Part shown: piece by piece, positions 27,479-38,558 of the stretch
Layout: every line of letters starts with the position of its first letter
Numbering within the stretch: position 1 is the stretch's first letter
Assembly (NCBI GenBank): GCA_963826115.1
Contig: CAWGVS010000010.1
Span: 480,001-544,000 of the forward strand
Source of the DNA: an uncultured Candidatus Rokubacteria bacterium
Lineage (GTDB): Bacteria; Methylomirabilota; Methylomirabilia; Rokubacteriales; DASRDR01
Direction: 5' to 3'
DNA: 64,000 nt
The notes under the pieces: generated by a model
The model's input: the letters and a program-made list of their open reading frames with translations, nothing else
Told to the model about the DNA's origin: nothing
Databases searched by the model: none
Made by a program: the position numbers and the translations under genes

Positions 27479-28717
27479 ATGAGCGCGCTACTCGCCTTCG
27501 CCACGGACAGCGTGAGGCAGGTATTCCGGGGCGGCCGCCTGTACTGGAGCTGGGTAATCGGGCTCGGCCTGGTCGTGCTGCTGGGGCTCGCCTTCTACTG
27601 GCGGCAGCTGGAGCAGGGCCTGATCACGACGGGCATGAGTGACCAGGTCTCGTGGGGGGCATATATCGCCAACTTCACTTATCTGGTGGGCATTGCTGCC
27701 GCCGCCGTCATGCTGGTGATTCCCGCCTACGTGTTCCACCGGGAGGACGTCAAGCACGTCGTGCTGATGGGCGAAGGCATCGCCGTGGCCGCCGTGATCA
27801 TGTCCATCCTCTTCGTTGTGGTAGACCTGGGCCGGCCGGACCGCATGTGGCACATGATCCCCTGGGTCGGACGACTCCATTTCCCGGCCTCGTTGCTGGC
27901 GTGGGACATCGTCGTCCTCACGGGGTACCTCGTGCTCAACCTCACGATCCCCTTCTACATTCTCTTCAGTCGGTATCGGGGACGGGAGCCGCGCGCGCGT
28001 CTGTACTTCCCCGCCGTGCTGATCTCGATCGCCTGGGCGATCTCCATCCACACGGTCACGGCGTTCCTGTTCTCTTCGAACGTGGCGCGGCCATTCTGGC
28101 ACACCGCCGTGCTCGGACCGCGCTTTCTGGCGTCGGCCTTCACCGCGGGGCCGGCGTTGATCGTGCTCGCGTTGCAGATCATCGACCGGAATACACCGTT
28201 CAAGGTTCAGCCCTCGGTGATCGACCTCATGGCCCTGATCGCCACGGTCGCCCTCCAGATCAACCTCTTTCTCGTGGGGACCGAAATCTTCACGGACTTC
28301 TACTTCCGGACGGAACACGTCGCCGCCGCCACCTACCTGTACCTGGGCCTGGACGGCGCGCGCATGCTCGTGCCCTGGATCTGGAGCGCCATCCTCCTCG
28401 ATGGTGCGGCCGCGATCATACTGACCGTCCATTCGCTGAGACGACGCCGGGTCCTGCTGAGCATCGCCTGCGTGCTCGCGATCGTGGGAGTGTGGATCGA
28501 GAAGGGGATGGGCCTTGTCGTGCCCGGTTTCGTGCCGACGCCGCTCGGTGAGGTATTCGAGTACTCGCCCCATTGGGGCGAGGTGTTCATTTCCTTGGGG
28601 ATCTGGGCGGCGGGGGCGCTGATCTTCACGCTGCTGGCGAAGGTCGCGATTCCGATCGAGCTCGGCGAGCTCCGGCATCCCGAGTCCGCGGGGGTGCCGG
28701 CCGCGCCGCTCCCGTAG
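27479..28717 (+). CDS. NrfD/PsrC/DsrP family integral membrane quinol-interacting subunit
   Basis: About 10 TM helices, VSWGAYIANFTY, DLGRPDR, SIHTVTAF, GPRFLASAF. Confidence 0.9.
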   Translation: MSALLAFATDSVRQVFRGGRLYWSWVIGLGLVVLLGLAFYWRQLEQGLITTGMSDQVSWGAYIANFTYLVGIAAAAVMLVIPAYVFHREDVKHVVLMGEGIAVAAVIMSILFVVVDLGRPDRMWHMIPWVGRLHFPASLLAWDIVVLTGYLVLNLTIPFYILFSRYRGREPRARLYFPAVLISIAWAISIHTVTAFLFSSNVARPFWHTAVLGPRFLASAFTAGPALIVLALQIIDRNTPFKVQPSVIDLMALIATVALQINLFLVGTEIFTDFYFRTEHVAAATYLYLGLDGARMLVPWIWSAILLDGAAAIILTVHSLRRRRVLLSIACVLAIVGVWIEKGMGLVVPGFVPTPLGEVFEYSPHWGEVFISLGIWAAGALIFTLLAKVAIPIELGELRHPESAGVPAAPLP

Positions 28718-28738
28718 CGAGACACCGGAGGAGCCGAC

Positions 28739-29629
28739 ATGCCACCGCGACTCCAGCTGGCCCGCATCCTGGTTCCCCTCGACGGCTCGGTCTGGGCCGA
28801 AACCATCCTGCCGGTGGTCGCGCAGCTGGCGCGCGACCACGCCGCCGAGGTGATTCTCCTCGAGGTCATGGAGGGACAGCAGAGCCGGGAGACCGAGCTC
28901 GACGCGGAGCGCGAGGCGGGCAGCTACCTCGAGCGGGCCGCCGGCTACGTCCGGAGCCGCGGGGTCGGGCGTGTGCGCGTGCGCATGTGGTACGGCGAGG
29001 CCGACCAGGCGATCGCGAACGCGGCCGCGCGGGAAGAGGTCAGCCTCATCGGGATGTCGACGCACGGGCGCAGCGGTCTCAACTGGCTTCGCTTCGGGAG
29101 CGTCGCGGAGCGCGTCGTCCGCCAGGCGGCCGTGCCCGTGTTGCTCGTCCGGGGCACCCCCACCTGGGACGAGGGGGGCATCGGCCGAATCCTGGTGCCG
29201 CTCGACGGATCGGAGGCTTCGGAGGCGGTGATTCCCATCGTCGCCTGTCTGGCGAGCCCCTTCGACCTGGGGATCCAGCTCCTGCACGTCGTCGAGCGGC
29301 CGTCCCTCGAGTCGGACGGGGGCGCCGGAGGGAAGTGGGCGCCGGAGGCGGAAGCGGAGGCCTACCTCGCGGGGGTGGCCGCGCGTCTCGAGACCCGCGG
29401 GCTTCGGGTCGGCGTGACCGCGCGGGTCGGACCAGCGGCCGAGATGATCCCGGTGGTCGCGGCCGAGACCAAGTGCGGCCTGATCGCGATGTCGACCCAC
29501 GGCCGCTCGGGCCTGGAACGCCTGTTCCTGGGCAGCGTGGCCGAGCGCGTGCTGAGAGCCGTGACCGTGCCCGTGCTCATGTGGAAGCCGCCGGCGGGCG
29601 GGCTCCAGACGAGACCGGCCGGTGAGTGA
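28739..29629 (+). CDS. Tandem universal stress protein
   Basis: Two ILVPLDGS...MSTHGRSG...GSVAERV domains. Confidence 0.93.
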   Translation: MPPRLQLARILVPLDGSVWAETILPVVAQLARDHAAEVILLEVMEGQQSRETELDAEREAGSYLERAAGYVRSRGVGRVRVRMWYGEADQAIANAAAREEVSLIGMSTHGRSGLNWLRFGSVAERVVRQAAVPVLLVRGTPTWDEGGIGRILVPLDGSEASEAVIPIVACLASPFDLGIQLLHVVERPSLESDGGAGGKWAPEAEAEAYLAGVAARLETRGLRVGVTARVGPAAEMIPVVAAETKCGLIAMSTHGRSGLERLFLGSVAERVLRAVTVPVLMWKPPAGGLQTRPAGE

Positions 29630-29695
29630 GCCCGAGATTGCCGTGCCCCGAGTGTCACTGGCGTCCGTCGCGCCGGCCGGAAGGGAGGAGCCTCG

Positions 29696-30991
<1,296 letters not shown>

Positions 30992-31004
30992 AAAGGAGCG
31001 TCCG

Positions 31005-32447
31005 ATGCCGACCACACCCTCCGCGAGCTACAGCCTCACGGTCCGCGTCGAGATCCGGAATCTCCCCGGGATGCTCGGCAAGGTCACCTCGGCCATCAGC
31101 CGGGCCGGTGGAGACATCGGGGCCATCGACCTGATCCTGGCAGGCGGGAAGGTCCGGACCCGGGACATCACCTTCAATGCGCGCGACGACCGGCACGGCC
31201 AGACCATCGTGGCCGGCCTGAGCAAGATCGCGGGCGTCCGCGTCCTTCGCACGTCCGACCGGACCTTCCTCATGCACCTCGGCGGCAAGATCGAGGTCCG
31301 CGGCAAGGTGCCGGTGAAGACACGGGACGACCTGTCGATGGCCTACACGCCCGGCGTCGCGCGGATCTGCATGGCGATCCACGAGGATCCGGAGAAGGCC
31401 TACGCGCTGACGATCAAGCAGAACACGGTGGCCGTGGTCACGGACGGCACGGCGGTTCTGGGGCTCGGCGACATCGGGCCCAAGGCCGCGATGCCGGTGA
31501 TGGAGGGCAAGGCCCTCCTCTTCAAGGCCTTCGCCGGGGTGGATGCCTTTCCGCTCTGCCTAGACACGAAGGATCCGAGCGAGATCATCCGGATCGTCCG
31601 CGCGATCGCGCCGGGCTTCGGCGGGATCAACCTGGAGGATATCTCCGCCCCCCGATGCTTCGAGATCGAGGAGCGCCTGCGGAAGGAGCTGGACATTCCG
31701 GTCTTCCACGACGATCAGCACGGGACGGCGGTGGTCGTGCTCGCCGCGCTCCTGAATGCCCTCCGCGTCGTCAAGAAGAAGATGAGCGACGTCCGGGTCG
31801 TCTTCGCGGGCGCCGGCGCCTCGGGAATCGCCACGGCCAAGCTCTTGATGGCCGTCGGCTGCCGGCGCGTCATCGGATGCGACCGGGCGGGAAGCCTTTA
31901 TCGCGGCCGGACCGAGCACATGAATCCGGTCAAGCAGTGGTTCGCGGAGCACACGAACCCCCGGCGCCTTCGAGGCAGCCTGGCTGACGCGCTCCGGGGC
32001 GCCGACGTGTTCATCGGGCTCTCCGGGCCGGGCGTCGCCATTCGGCGCGACATCCGCCGGATGGCCCGGAGTCCCATCGTGTTCGCGATGGCGAATCCCA
32101 CCCCGGAGGTCATGCCGGAAGAGGTTCGCGGCATCGTCAAGGTCATGGCGACCGGACGGTCCGACTATCCGAACCAGATCAACAACGTGCTCTGCTTCCC
32201 GGGATTCTTCCGGGGGCTCCTGGACGTGCGCGCCCGCGGGGTCAACGAGGAGATGAAGATCGCGGCCGCCCGGGCGATCGCATCGATCATCCAGCCGAGC
32301 GAGATCGCGGAGGACTACGTCATCCCGTCCGTGTTCGATCGGCGCGTCGTGGAAGCGGTCGCTGACGGCGTGGCCGAGGCGGCGGCACGAACCGGCATCG
32401 CGCGCCGCCGTCGCCGGCCGGCTCCGGCGGTCGCGGCGGAGGCGTGA
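31005..32447 (+). CDS. NAD(P)-dependent malic enzyme with N-terminal ACT domain
   Basis: ACT-like N-terminus, TDGTAVLGLGDIG, FHDDQHGT, GAGASG, ATGRSDYPNQINN. Confidence 0.93.
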   Translation: MPTTPSASYSLTVRVEIRNLPGMLGKVTSAISRAGGDIGAIDLILAGGKVRTRDITFNARDDRHGQTIVAGLSKIAGVRVLRTSDRTFLMHLGGKIEVRGKVPVKTRDDLSMAYTPGVARICMAIHEDPEKAYALTIKQNTVAVVTDGTAVLGLGDIGPKAAMPVMEGKALLFKAFAGVDAFPLCLDTKDPSEIIRIVRAIAPGFGGINLEDISAPRCFEIEERLRKELDIPVFHDDQHGTAVVVLAALLNALRVVKKKMSDVRVVFAGAGASGIATAKLLMAVGCRRVIGCDRAGSLYRGRTEHMNPVKQWFAEHTNPRRLRGSLADALRGADVFIGLSGPGVAIRRDIRRMARSPIVFAMANPTPEVMPEEVRGIVKVMATGRSDYPNQINNVLCFPGFFRGLLDVRARGVNEEMKIAAARAIASIIQPSEIAEDYVIPSVFDRRVVEAVADGVAEAAARTGIARRRRRPAPAVAAEA

Positions 32448-32584
32448 GGGCCGGCGCGGCGACCTCGCCGGCCGGGCGTGTGCGCGTCAGACGAGCCCGC
32501 GCCGGGTCGCGCCCCGGTGACCGTTGGAGAGTCCGGCGAGGTGACTGTCACGATCACGATGGCAGGTGCAGGAGGATCGGTGAG

Positions 32585-33520
32585 GTGAACATAGCAAACG
32601 TCCTGGCCAGCAAGGGCGGGGCGGTGGCCACCATCGGGCCCGACCAGACGGTGAGGGAAGCCCTGGAGCTCTTCGCCAAGCGAAACATCGGCGCGCTCGT
32701 CGTGGTGGACGACGCCCACCGGCCGGTGGGGATGATCACGGAGCGAGGCATCCTTCGCTCAGCGCTGACGAACGACCACGTGCTCGTCGTGACCGTCGGG
32801 GTGGTGATGACGAGAGATGTTGTCCTGGGACACCCCAGCGACGATCTCATGTCTGTTGCGCACACCATGATCGAGAAGCGAATCCGCCATCTACCCGTGA
32901 TGGAGCATGGGAAGCTGGTCGGGATCGTGTCGCTCGGTGATCTCGTCAAGGCGCAGCGGGACCACTACGAGGGGCAGGTCGTGACCCTGGAGACCGCCTC
33001 TCGGATTGACAAGTCCTCGAACCGGAGATCCCTTCCATTTCCAGGGGCCAGGACGCTGGCGCGCGTCGCCAACCCGGCGGCCCGGATCCGCGGGACGGCC
33101 GGCCTCGCCGAGAGGAGCACGGCGCGCCCCACACGGGACGGGCGGCTTGCCAGGCCGCACCTTCCAGGTGGGACGGTGCCGGGCGGTCGTCAGGCCATGC
33201 CGACGCGCTTGGCGCCTCGGCGGAACAGCGCCGCGCCGTTCGGATCGAACCGGAAGGCTGCCAGGAAGTCCTTGATGCCGTACCCGGGATGCGCGCGCCG
33301 CAGCGTGGCGGCCCATGCGCGCGCCTGGTCGAGCGAGCCCGCGAGCGCCAGGCTGAAGGCGGCGATCGCGAGGATGTGCGGGTGCGCGTTGGGGCGGGAG
33401 GCGGCTTTGACCGCCCAGCCGGCGGCCTCCTCGAACCGGCCGAGGCGGACGAGCGCCATGGCCCGCGCGCCGAGCATGCCGAACAGGAGAGGGTCGAACG
33501 GGCTCAGCCGGCGCGAGTGA
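32585..33520 (+). CDS. CBS-pair protein; domain ends near 32995 and the frame runs on without a stop to 33520
   Basis: IGALVVVD, GMITER, RIRHLPV, GIVSLGDLVK. The downstream part overlaps the opposite-strand gene and looks non-coding. Confidence 0.7.
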   Translation: MNIANVLASKGGAVATIGPDQTVREALELFAKRNIGALVVVDDAHRPVGMITERGILRSALTNDHVLVVTVGVVMTRDVVLGHPSDDLMSVAHTMIEKRIRHLPVMEHGKLVGIVSLGDLVKAQRDHYEGQVVTLETASRIDKSSNRRSLPFPGARTLARVANPAARIRGTAGLAERSTARPTRDGRLARPHLPGGTVPGGRQAMPTRLAPRRNSAAPFGSNRKAARKSLMPYPGCARRSVAAHARAWSSEPASARLKAAIARMCGCALGREAALTAQPAASSNRPRRTSAMARAPSMPNRRGSNGLSRRE

Positions 33521-35238
33521 TCGGAGGCCGCGATCGCGGCGTTCGCGTCGCCGGTCTGCGAGTTGACGAAGGCGAGCGTGTAGTGACCCAGCGCGAAGTT
33601 GGGGCTCAGGTCGATGGCTTGTTCGAGCTCGCCGACGGACTGGTCGTCCTGGCCGCGCAGCCAGAGCGCGCGGCCCATGGCCCAGTGGGCGGCCGGGTCG
33701 CGATCGTCGGCCATCAGGCTCTGCGTGGCGGCGTCGAAGGCCCGGTCGATCGCCGGCTCGCGCTTCGCCCAGCCCTGGAAGGCGCTCTGGAAGTGGGTGA
33801 AGGACAGGCCGGCGTAGGCGCGCGCGAAGGTCGGGTCGAGGCGCACCGCGGTCTCGAAGAATCGGCGGGCGCGGTCGTTGTCGGCCTTGCTGAACCGGTA
33901 CATGTGCCAGAGACCCCGGTGGTGCGCCCCCCACGCGTCCAGCGAGCTCGGCGGGCGCAGGATCGCGCGATTGCGCTCGATCGTCTCGATCTCGCTCGCG
34001 ACCGAGGCGACGATCCGGTTGCCGATCTCCTCGATGACGACGAACGCGTCGTCCAGCTTGTGCTTCAAGACCTCCGCCCAGACGATCCGGGCGGTCCGTG
34101 TCTCGGTCAGCTCGACCGTCACCGTGAGGCGCTTCCCGTCGCGCTGGATGGCGCCGCTCACGATGTAGTCCACGTTCAGCATCCGGCCGGCTTCCTCGGG
34201 GCCGACGTGTCGGGCGTGCAAGGCGAACACGGTCCCCTCGGCGATGACGAAGAGGATGCGCAGCTTGGCGAGCCGGGTGATGACGTCGTGCGCCAGCGCG
34301 TCGGCGACCCCACCGCGCGGGTCGGCCATGGCGGACCGGTCGACGAACGGCATCACCGCGACGGACGCGCGACGAGACGCCGGGATGACGACGGTGTCGT
34401 TGCCGGCGGGGGACGCCGAGGGCGCGGAGACCTGGACGCCCGGCGCGGCGGCCGCCCGCGCCCGCGCCGCCCGCCAGGCGTCGCGAATCGGCGCGACGTC
34501 GAGGCCCTCGCCCTCGAACAGCCGGGCGGCCGCGGCCAGGTGCTCCTCGCCTTCCCGGATCTGGCCCCGCCGGGCGAGCGCGCCCAGCAGGAGCTCGTGG
34601 ACGCGGGGGTCGAAGGGCGCGAGCTGGAGCCACTGCTCGAGGTGCGGCACCGCCTCGGCGTCCGGCACGCGCTTGACGAGCTGCTCCAGCAGGGTGACGT
34701 GCCAGCCGCGGAATCGCCGACGCTGGGCGGTCAGCCACCCCTCGAAGACCGGGCTGCGGCCAATCTCGAGGCCCTCCAGGAGCTCGCCGCCGTACAGCGC
34801 GGCCAGCGCGCGCTGCCGGTCCGGCGGGAGCTTCTCGATGCCGTCGCCAGCCGCGCGGGTGATCTCCACCGCGTCGACGAGGCAGTCCGATAGGTCGAGC
34901 CAGACGGTGTCGCCGCGGGTCTGGACCCGGCGGCGCCCGCGCTGATCGACGAGGTTCCGGACCTTGCTGAGGCACCACCGGAGCTCGCCGCGCGGATCGT
35001 TCGGGACGTCCCAGAGGAGCTCGCACAGCTGGCTCCGCGTCGCCGGCCGCGGCGCCAGGGCCAGGTAGGCGAGGAGCGCCCGCACCTTGCGGGACGCCGG
35101 CAGCGTGACGAGCGCGCTCCCGCGCCAGATCGTCAGGCGCCCGAGCATCCGGACGTGGATGGCGGCCGTCTGACCCGGCCGGCCGAGCCCGACGAATTCC
35201 TCGGGAATTCCCACGGCGGCTACCACGGTGGCTCCCAC
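33190..35238 (-). CDS. SARP-like transcriptional regulator (wHTH + BTAD + TolB-like + TPR); true start probably near 35148
   Basis: RKVRALLAYLAL, ELRWCLSK, SVAVMPF, TPR-rich C-terminus. Confidence 0.85.
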   Translation of the reverse strand: MGATVVAAVGIPEEFVGLGRPGQTAAIHVRMLGRLTIWRGSALVTLPASRKVRALLAYLALAPRPATRSQLCELLWDVPNDPRGELRWCLSKVRNLVDQRGRRRVQTRGDTVWLDLSDCLVDAVEITRAAGDGIEKLPPDRQRALAALYGGELLEGLEIGRSPVFEGWLTAQRRRFRGWHVTLLEQLVKRVPDAEAVPHLEQWLQLAPFDPRVHELLLGALARRGQIREGEEHLAAAARLFEGEGLDVAPIRDAWRAARARAAAAPGVQVSAPSASPAGNDTVVIPASRRASVAVMPFVDRSAMADPRGGVADALAHDVITRLAKLRILFVIAEGTVFALHARHVGPEEAGRMLNVDYIVSGAIQRDGKRLTVTVELTETRTARIVWAEVLKHKLDDAFVVIEEIGNRIVASVASEIETIERNRAILRPPSSLDAWGAHHRGLWHMYRFSKADNDRARRFFETAVRLDPTFARAYAGLSFTHFQSAFQGWAKREPAIDRAFDAATQSLMADDRDPAAHWAMGRALWLRGQDDQSVGELEQAIDLSPNFALGHYTLAFVNSQTGDANAAIAASDHSRRLSPFDPLLFGMLGARAMALVRLGRFEEAAGWAVKAASRPNAHPHILAIAAFSLALAGSLDQARAWAATLRRAHPGYGIKDFLAAFRFDPNGAALFRRGAKRVGMA

Positions 35239-35241
35239 GCC
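35209..35241. repeat. Three CCACG direct repeats at 12-bp period (candidate operator)
   Basis: CCACG starts at 35211, 35223 and 35235, between the divergent regulator and methyltransferase. Confidence 0.5.
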
Positions 35242-35349
35242 CGGGCACTACGCTCGCGATCGACGGTCACGGTCCGCAGACGCGCGGGCTCGGACGACCG
35301 CCGTGGCCGATGCGAGACGAGACAGCGAAGGACGACGAGGAGAGCTGAC

Positions 35350-36189
35350 ATGGACGCAAGCACCGTAGCCATGACCCGGACCGTGGAGCCCGCGCTCGAG
35401 GCGCTCAAGGCGCGCCAGCGGGCCGCCTGGTCCTCGGGCGATTATGCCATCGTCGGGACGACCCTGCAGATCGTCGGCGAGGAGCTGTGCGAGGCCGTCG
35501 ACGTCCGCGCGGGGCAGAAGGTGCTGGACGTCGCCGCGGGCAACGGCAACGCCTCGCTCGCGGCCGCGCGCCGATGGTGCCACGTGGTCGCCTCCGACTA
35601 CGTGCCCGCGCTGCTCGAGCGCGCCCGGGAGCGCGCCGCCGCCGAGCGGCTCGACATCGAGTTCCGCGAGGCCGACGCCGAGGCGCTTCCGTTTCCGAGC
35701 GAGAGCTTCGACGTCGTCGTGTCGACGTTCGGGGTGATGTTCACCCCCGACCAGGAAATGGCGGCGAGCGAGATGCTCCGCGTCGTGAAGTCCGGCGGCA
35801 AGATCGGGCTCGCCAACTGGACGCCCGAGGGCTTCATCGGCCAGGTCTTCAAGACGATCGGCCGCCACCTCCCGCCGCCTCCGGGCGCCAGGTCGCCGGC
35901 GCTCTGGGGCACCCGGGCGCGGATCGCCGAGCTGTTCGGGCTCCACGCCGCCGCGATCTCGACGGCGCAGCGGACCTTCGCGTTCCGCTACCGCTCGCCG
36001 GCGCACTGGCTCGAGGTCTTCGGGAGCTACTACGGCCCGCTCCTCAAGGCCTTCGCCGCACTCGAGCCGGCGTCGCGCGCGGCGCTCGAGCGCGATCTCG
36101 CGGGGCTGATCGACCAGTTCAACCGCGCGCGGGACGGCTCCGTGGTCGTGCCCGGCGAGTACCTCGAGATCGTCGTCACCAGAGACTGA
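35350..36189 (+). CDS. Class I SAM-dependent methyltransferase
   Basis: VLDVAAGNG, ADAEALPF, FDVVVSTFGVMF; GAGGAG RBS. Confidence 0.92.
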   Translation: MDASTVAMTRTVEPALEALKARQRAAWSSGDYAIVGTTLQIVGEELCEAVDVRAGQKVLDVAAGNGNASLAAARRWCHVVASDYVPALLERARERAAAERLDIEFREADAEALPFPSESFDVVVSTFGVMFTPDQEMAASEMLRVVKSGGKIGLANWTPEGFIGQVFKTIGRHLPPPPGARSPALWGTRARIAELFGLHAAAISTAQRTFAFRYRSPAHWLEVFGSYYGPLLKAFAALEPASRAALERDLAGLIDQFNRARDGSVVVPGEYLEIVVTRD

Positions 36190-36226
36190 CGAGCGTGGGC
36201 CTGAGCCCACAGGAAAGGAAGAAGCC

Positions 36227-36724
36227 ATGAACCATGCTGGACGTTCCCTGGGAGTCATCCGCATCACCGCCGTGGCGCTGGGCCTCGGCGCCACCCTCGC
36301 CTTCGCGCCGTCGCCGGACGCCGGTGAGATGCACCACACGGTCGTGCCCGCCGACGCGGTCAAGTGGGGCCCGGCCCCGCCGTCCCTGCCGACGGGCGCG
36401 CAGGCCGCTGTCCTTCTGGGCAGCCCGGCGAAGGAGGGGCCCTTCGTGCTCCGGCTGAAGTTCCCGGCCGGCTACGCCGTGCCGCCGCACCGCCACTCGA
36501 AGGACGAGATCCTCACCGTGATCGCGGGAGGCTTCGCGGTCGCGTCCGGGGAGAAGCTGGACCGCACGGCGAGCCCGTTCCTGGCGCCGGCGAGCTTCGT
36601 CCGCCTCCCGGCCGGGATGCCGCACTACGCCTGGGTCGAGACGGAGACGGTCGTCCAGATCAACGGCGTCGGTCCGTTCGACGTGACGTACGTCGATCCC
36701 AAGGACGACCCGCGCAACAAGTAG
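36227..36724 (+). CDS. Exported cupin-domain protein (DUF4437-like)
   Basis: Signal peptide, PPHRHSKDE, PAGMPHYA. Confidence 0.85.
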   Translation: MNHAGRSLGVIRITAVALGLGATLAFAPSPDAGEMHHTVVPADAVKWGPAPPSLPTGAQAAVLLGSPAKEGPFVLRLKFPAGYAVPPHRHSKDEILTVIAGGFAVASGEKLDRTASPFLAPASFVRLPAGMPHYAWVETETVVQINGVGPFDVTYVDPKDDPRNK

Positions 36725-36875
36725 GAGACCGGCGAGACCCGGGGACCGTCACCGTCGACGCGTGCGGCGGAGCGGTGATCGGTCCCCGGGTACCTCGGGA
36801 AGGCACCGCCGTTCCGATCGACACGCACGAGGCGTCAGCCGGGGTCCCCGGCCGATGAGGCATAATGGCCAGCGG

Positions 36876-37937
36876 ATGACGCTCGCGACGCGGCCGAAGC
36901 GCCTGGGGTTCTTCACGCGCCTCCTCGACGAGGCGGACCCCGCCGAGCGATACCGGCTGGCGACCGCGCAGATCGTCCACGCCGAACGGGTCGGCTTCGA
37001 CTCGGCCTGGATCGCCCAGCATCACTTCCACGAGGACGAGGGCGGTCTTCCCGCGCCGCTCGTCTTCCTGGCCCAGGTCGCCGCCCGGACCTCCCGGATC
37101 CGCCTCGGGACGGGGATCGTGACGCTGCCGCTGGAGCTGCCGGTCCGGGTGGCCGAGGACGCCGCCGTGCTCGACCTCATGTGCGGTGGCCGCCTGGAAG
37201 TCGGCGTCGGCAGCGGAGGCAACCTGTCCGCGTACGCGGCATTCGGCCAGGACGGCGCGGAGCGCGGGAAGGTGCTGGCCGCGCACCTCCAGGTGCTGCG
37301 CGACGCCTGGGCGGGGCGGCCGCTGCCCGGCGGCGGGGACCGGCTGTATCCGCCGAACCCGAGCCTGCTCGAGCGCGTCTGGCAGGCGACGTTCTCGGTG
37401 GACGGCGCCCGGCGAGCCGGCGCCGCGGGGGACGGCCTCATGCTGTCGCGCACGCAGCCCCGGCCGGCCGACGCGCCCGACCTGTCGCTGGCCGAGATCC
37501 AGAACCCGATGATCGACGCCTACCTGGCGGCCCTGCCCGCTGGCCGGGCGCCTCGCATCCTCGCCTCGCGCACGGTGTTCGTGGCCGACGACGGTGGGGA
37601 GGCCCGGCGCCTCGCCGCGATTGGGCTCAGGCGGCATCAGGCGTACCTGGCCGGGATCGGCCGCGGTCTCGGCGTCGACTCGCTGGACGCGATGATCGCC
37701 GCCATGGACGCGCATCTCGGCACGGCGGACGACGTGATCGACTCACTGCAGGCGGACAGCGCGCTTGCGCGGGCGACGGACGTGGCGGTCCAGGTGCACT
37801 CGATCGATCCGCCCCATCCCTTCATCCTGAGATCGATCGAGCTGATCGCCGCGTCGGTGGCGCCGATGCTCGGCTGGGGGCGCGAGACGGAGCGCCTCCG
37901 GCCGTATGGCGTGACCACCGAGCCGACGGGACGCTGA
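36876..37937 (+). CDS. FMN-dependent luciferase-like monooxygenase (KPN_01858-type)
   Basis: RLGFFTRLLD, WIAQHHF, RVAEDAAVLD, VHSIDPPH. Confidence 0.88.
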   Translation: MTLATRPKRLGFFTRLLDEADPAERYRLATAQIVHAERVGFDSAWIAQHHFHEDEGGLPAPLVFLAQVAARTSRIRLGTGIVTLPLELPVRVAEDAAVLDLMCGGRLEVGVGSGGNLSAYAAFGQDGAERGKVLAAHLQVLRDAWAGRPLPGGGDRLYPPNPSLLERVWQATFSVDGARRAGAAGDGLMLSRTQPRPADAPDLSLAEIQNPMIDAYLAALPAGRAPRILASRTVFVADDGGEARRLAAIGLRRHQAYLAGIGRGLGVDSLDAMIAAMDAHLGTADDVIDSLQADSALARATDVAVQVHSIDPPHPFILRSIELIAASVAPMLGWGRETERLRPYGVTTEPTGR

Positions 37938-37939
37938 GG

Positions 37940-38542
37940 ATGGCCGGGACGGACGCCGACGTCATCGACGAGCTGGTCGGGATCACGCCGGGATCCCCGC
38001 TGGCCGCCATCCGCGCCCGGAGACCCGATGCGCGACTCCACGCGCAGGCGACGTACCGCGCGCTGTTCGAGCCGGCGTCGCCGGGCAGCTTCGCCGTCGA
38101 GGAGCGGTTTGCGGTGGGCATGTTCGTCGCCGGGCTCCACCGCGCCGCGGCGGTCTCGGATCACCTCGCCGCGCGGCTCGTCCGGAGCGGTGCTCCCGCG
38201 GCGAGCCGAGCGGCCGTCGACGCCGCCGTCGCGGTGGCCGCGGCCGCCGGGCCCTACGGGCGCTACCCGACCGGGCCGCTGAGCCGCGAGGACGCCGCCG
38301 GTCCTCGCTATCGCGCGGGGGCTGACGTCCGTCGAGTGCTCGGTCCGCGCCTGGCCGCGGCGTTCGAGCACGCGCACCTGCTCGTGTTCCACCCGCGCGA
38401 CGCCGCGCCGGCGGATCTCCAGGCGCTGCTGGACGCCGGCTGGTCCACGACCGACGTCGTGACCCTCTCCCAGCTCGTCGCCTTTCTGTCCTTCCAGATC
38501 CGGGTCGTCGCCGGACTGCGTACCCTCGACGGCCGTCCGTGA
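37940..38542 (+). CDS. CMD domain protein (Avi_7170-type)
   Basis: GPYGRYP, HAHLLVFHPRDA, VTLSQLVAFLSFQIR; context with LLM and AhpD. Confidence 0.82.
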   Translation: MAGTDADVIDELVGITPGSPLAAIRARRPDARLHAQATYRALFEPASPGSFAVEERFAVGMFVAGLHRAAAVSDHLAARLVRSGAPAASRAAVDAAVAVAAAAGPYGRYPTGPLSREDAAGPRYRAGADVRRVLGPRLAAAFEHAHLLVFHPRDAAPADLQALLDAGWSTTDVVTLSQLVAFLSFQIRVVAGLRTLDGRP

Positions 38543-38558
38543 CGCGGGAGGCCCCGGC

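Noticed and set aside
26513-28717. dsrOP as evidence of sulfate reduction
   Set aside because: No dsrAB, dsrMK or dsrC in the window; NrfC/NrfD folds serve many complexes.
32541-32557. GTGACTGTCACGATCAC as a CRP/FNR site
   Set aside because: Half-site spacing is 3 or 9 nt rather than 6.
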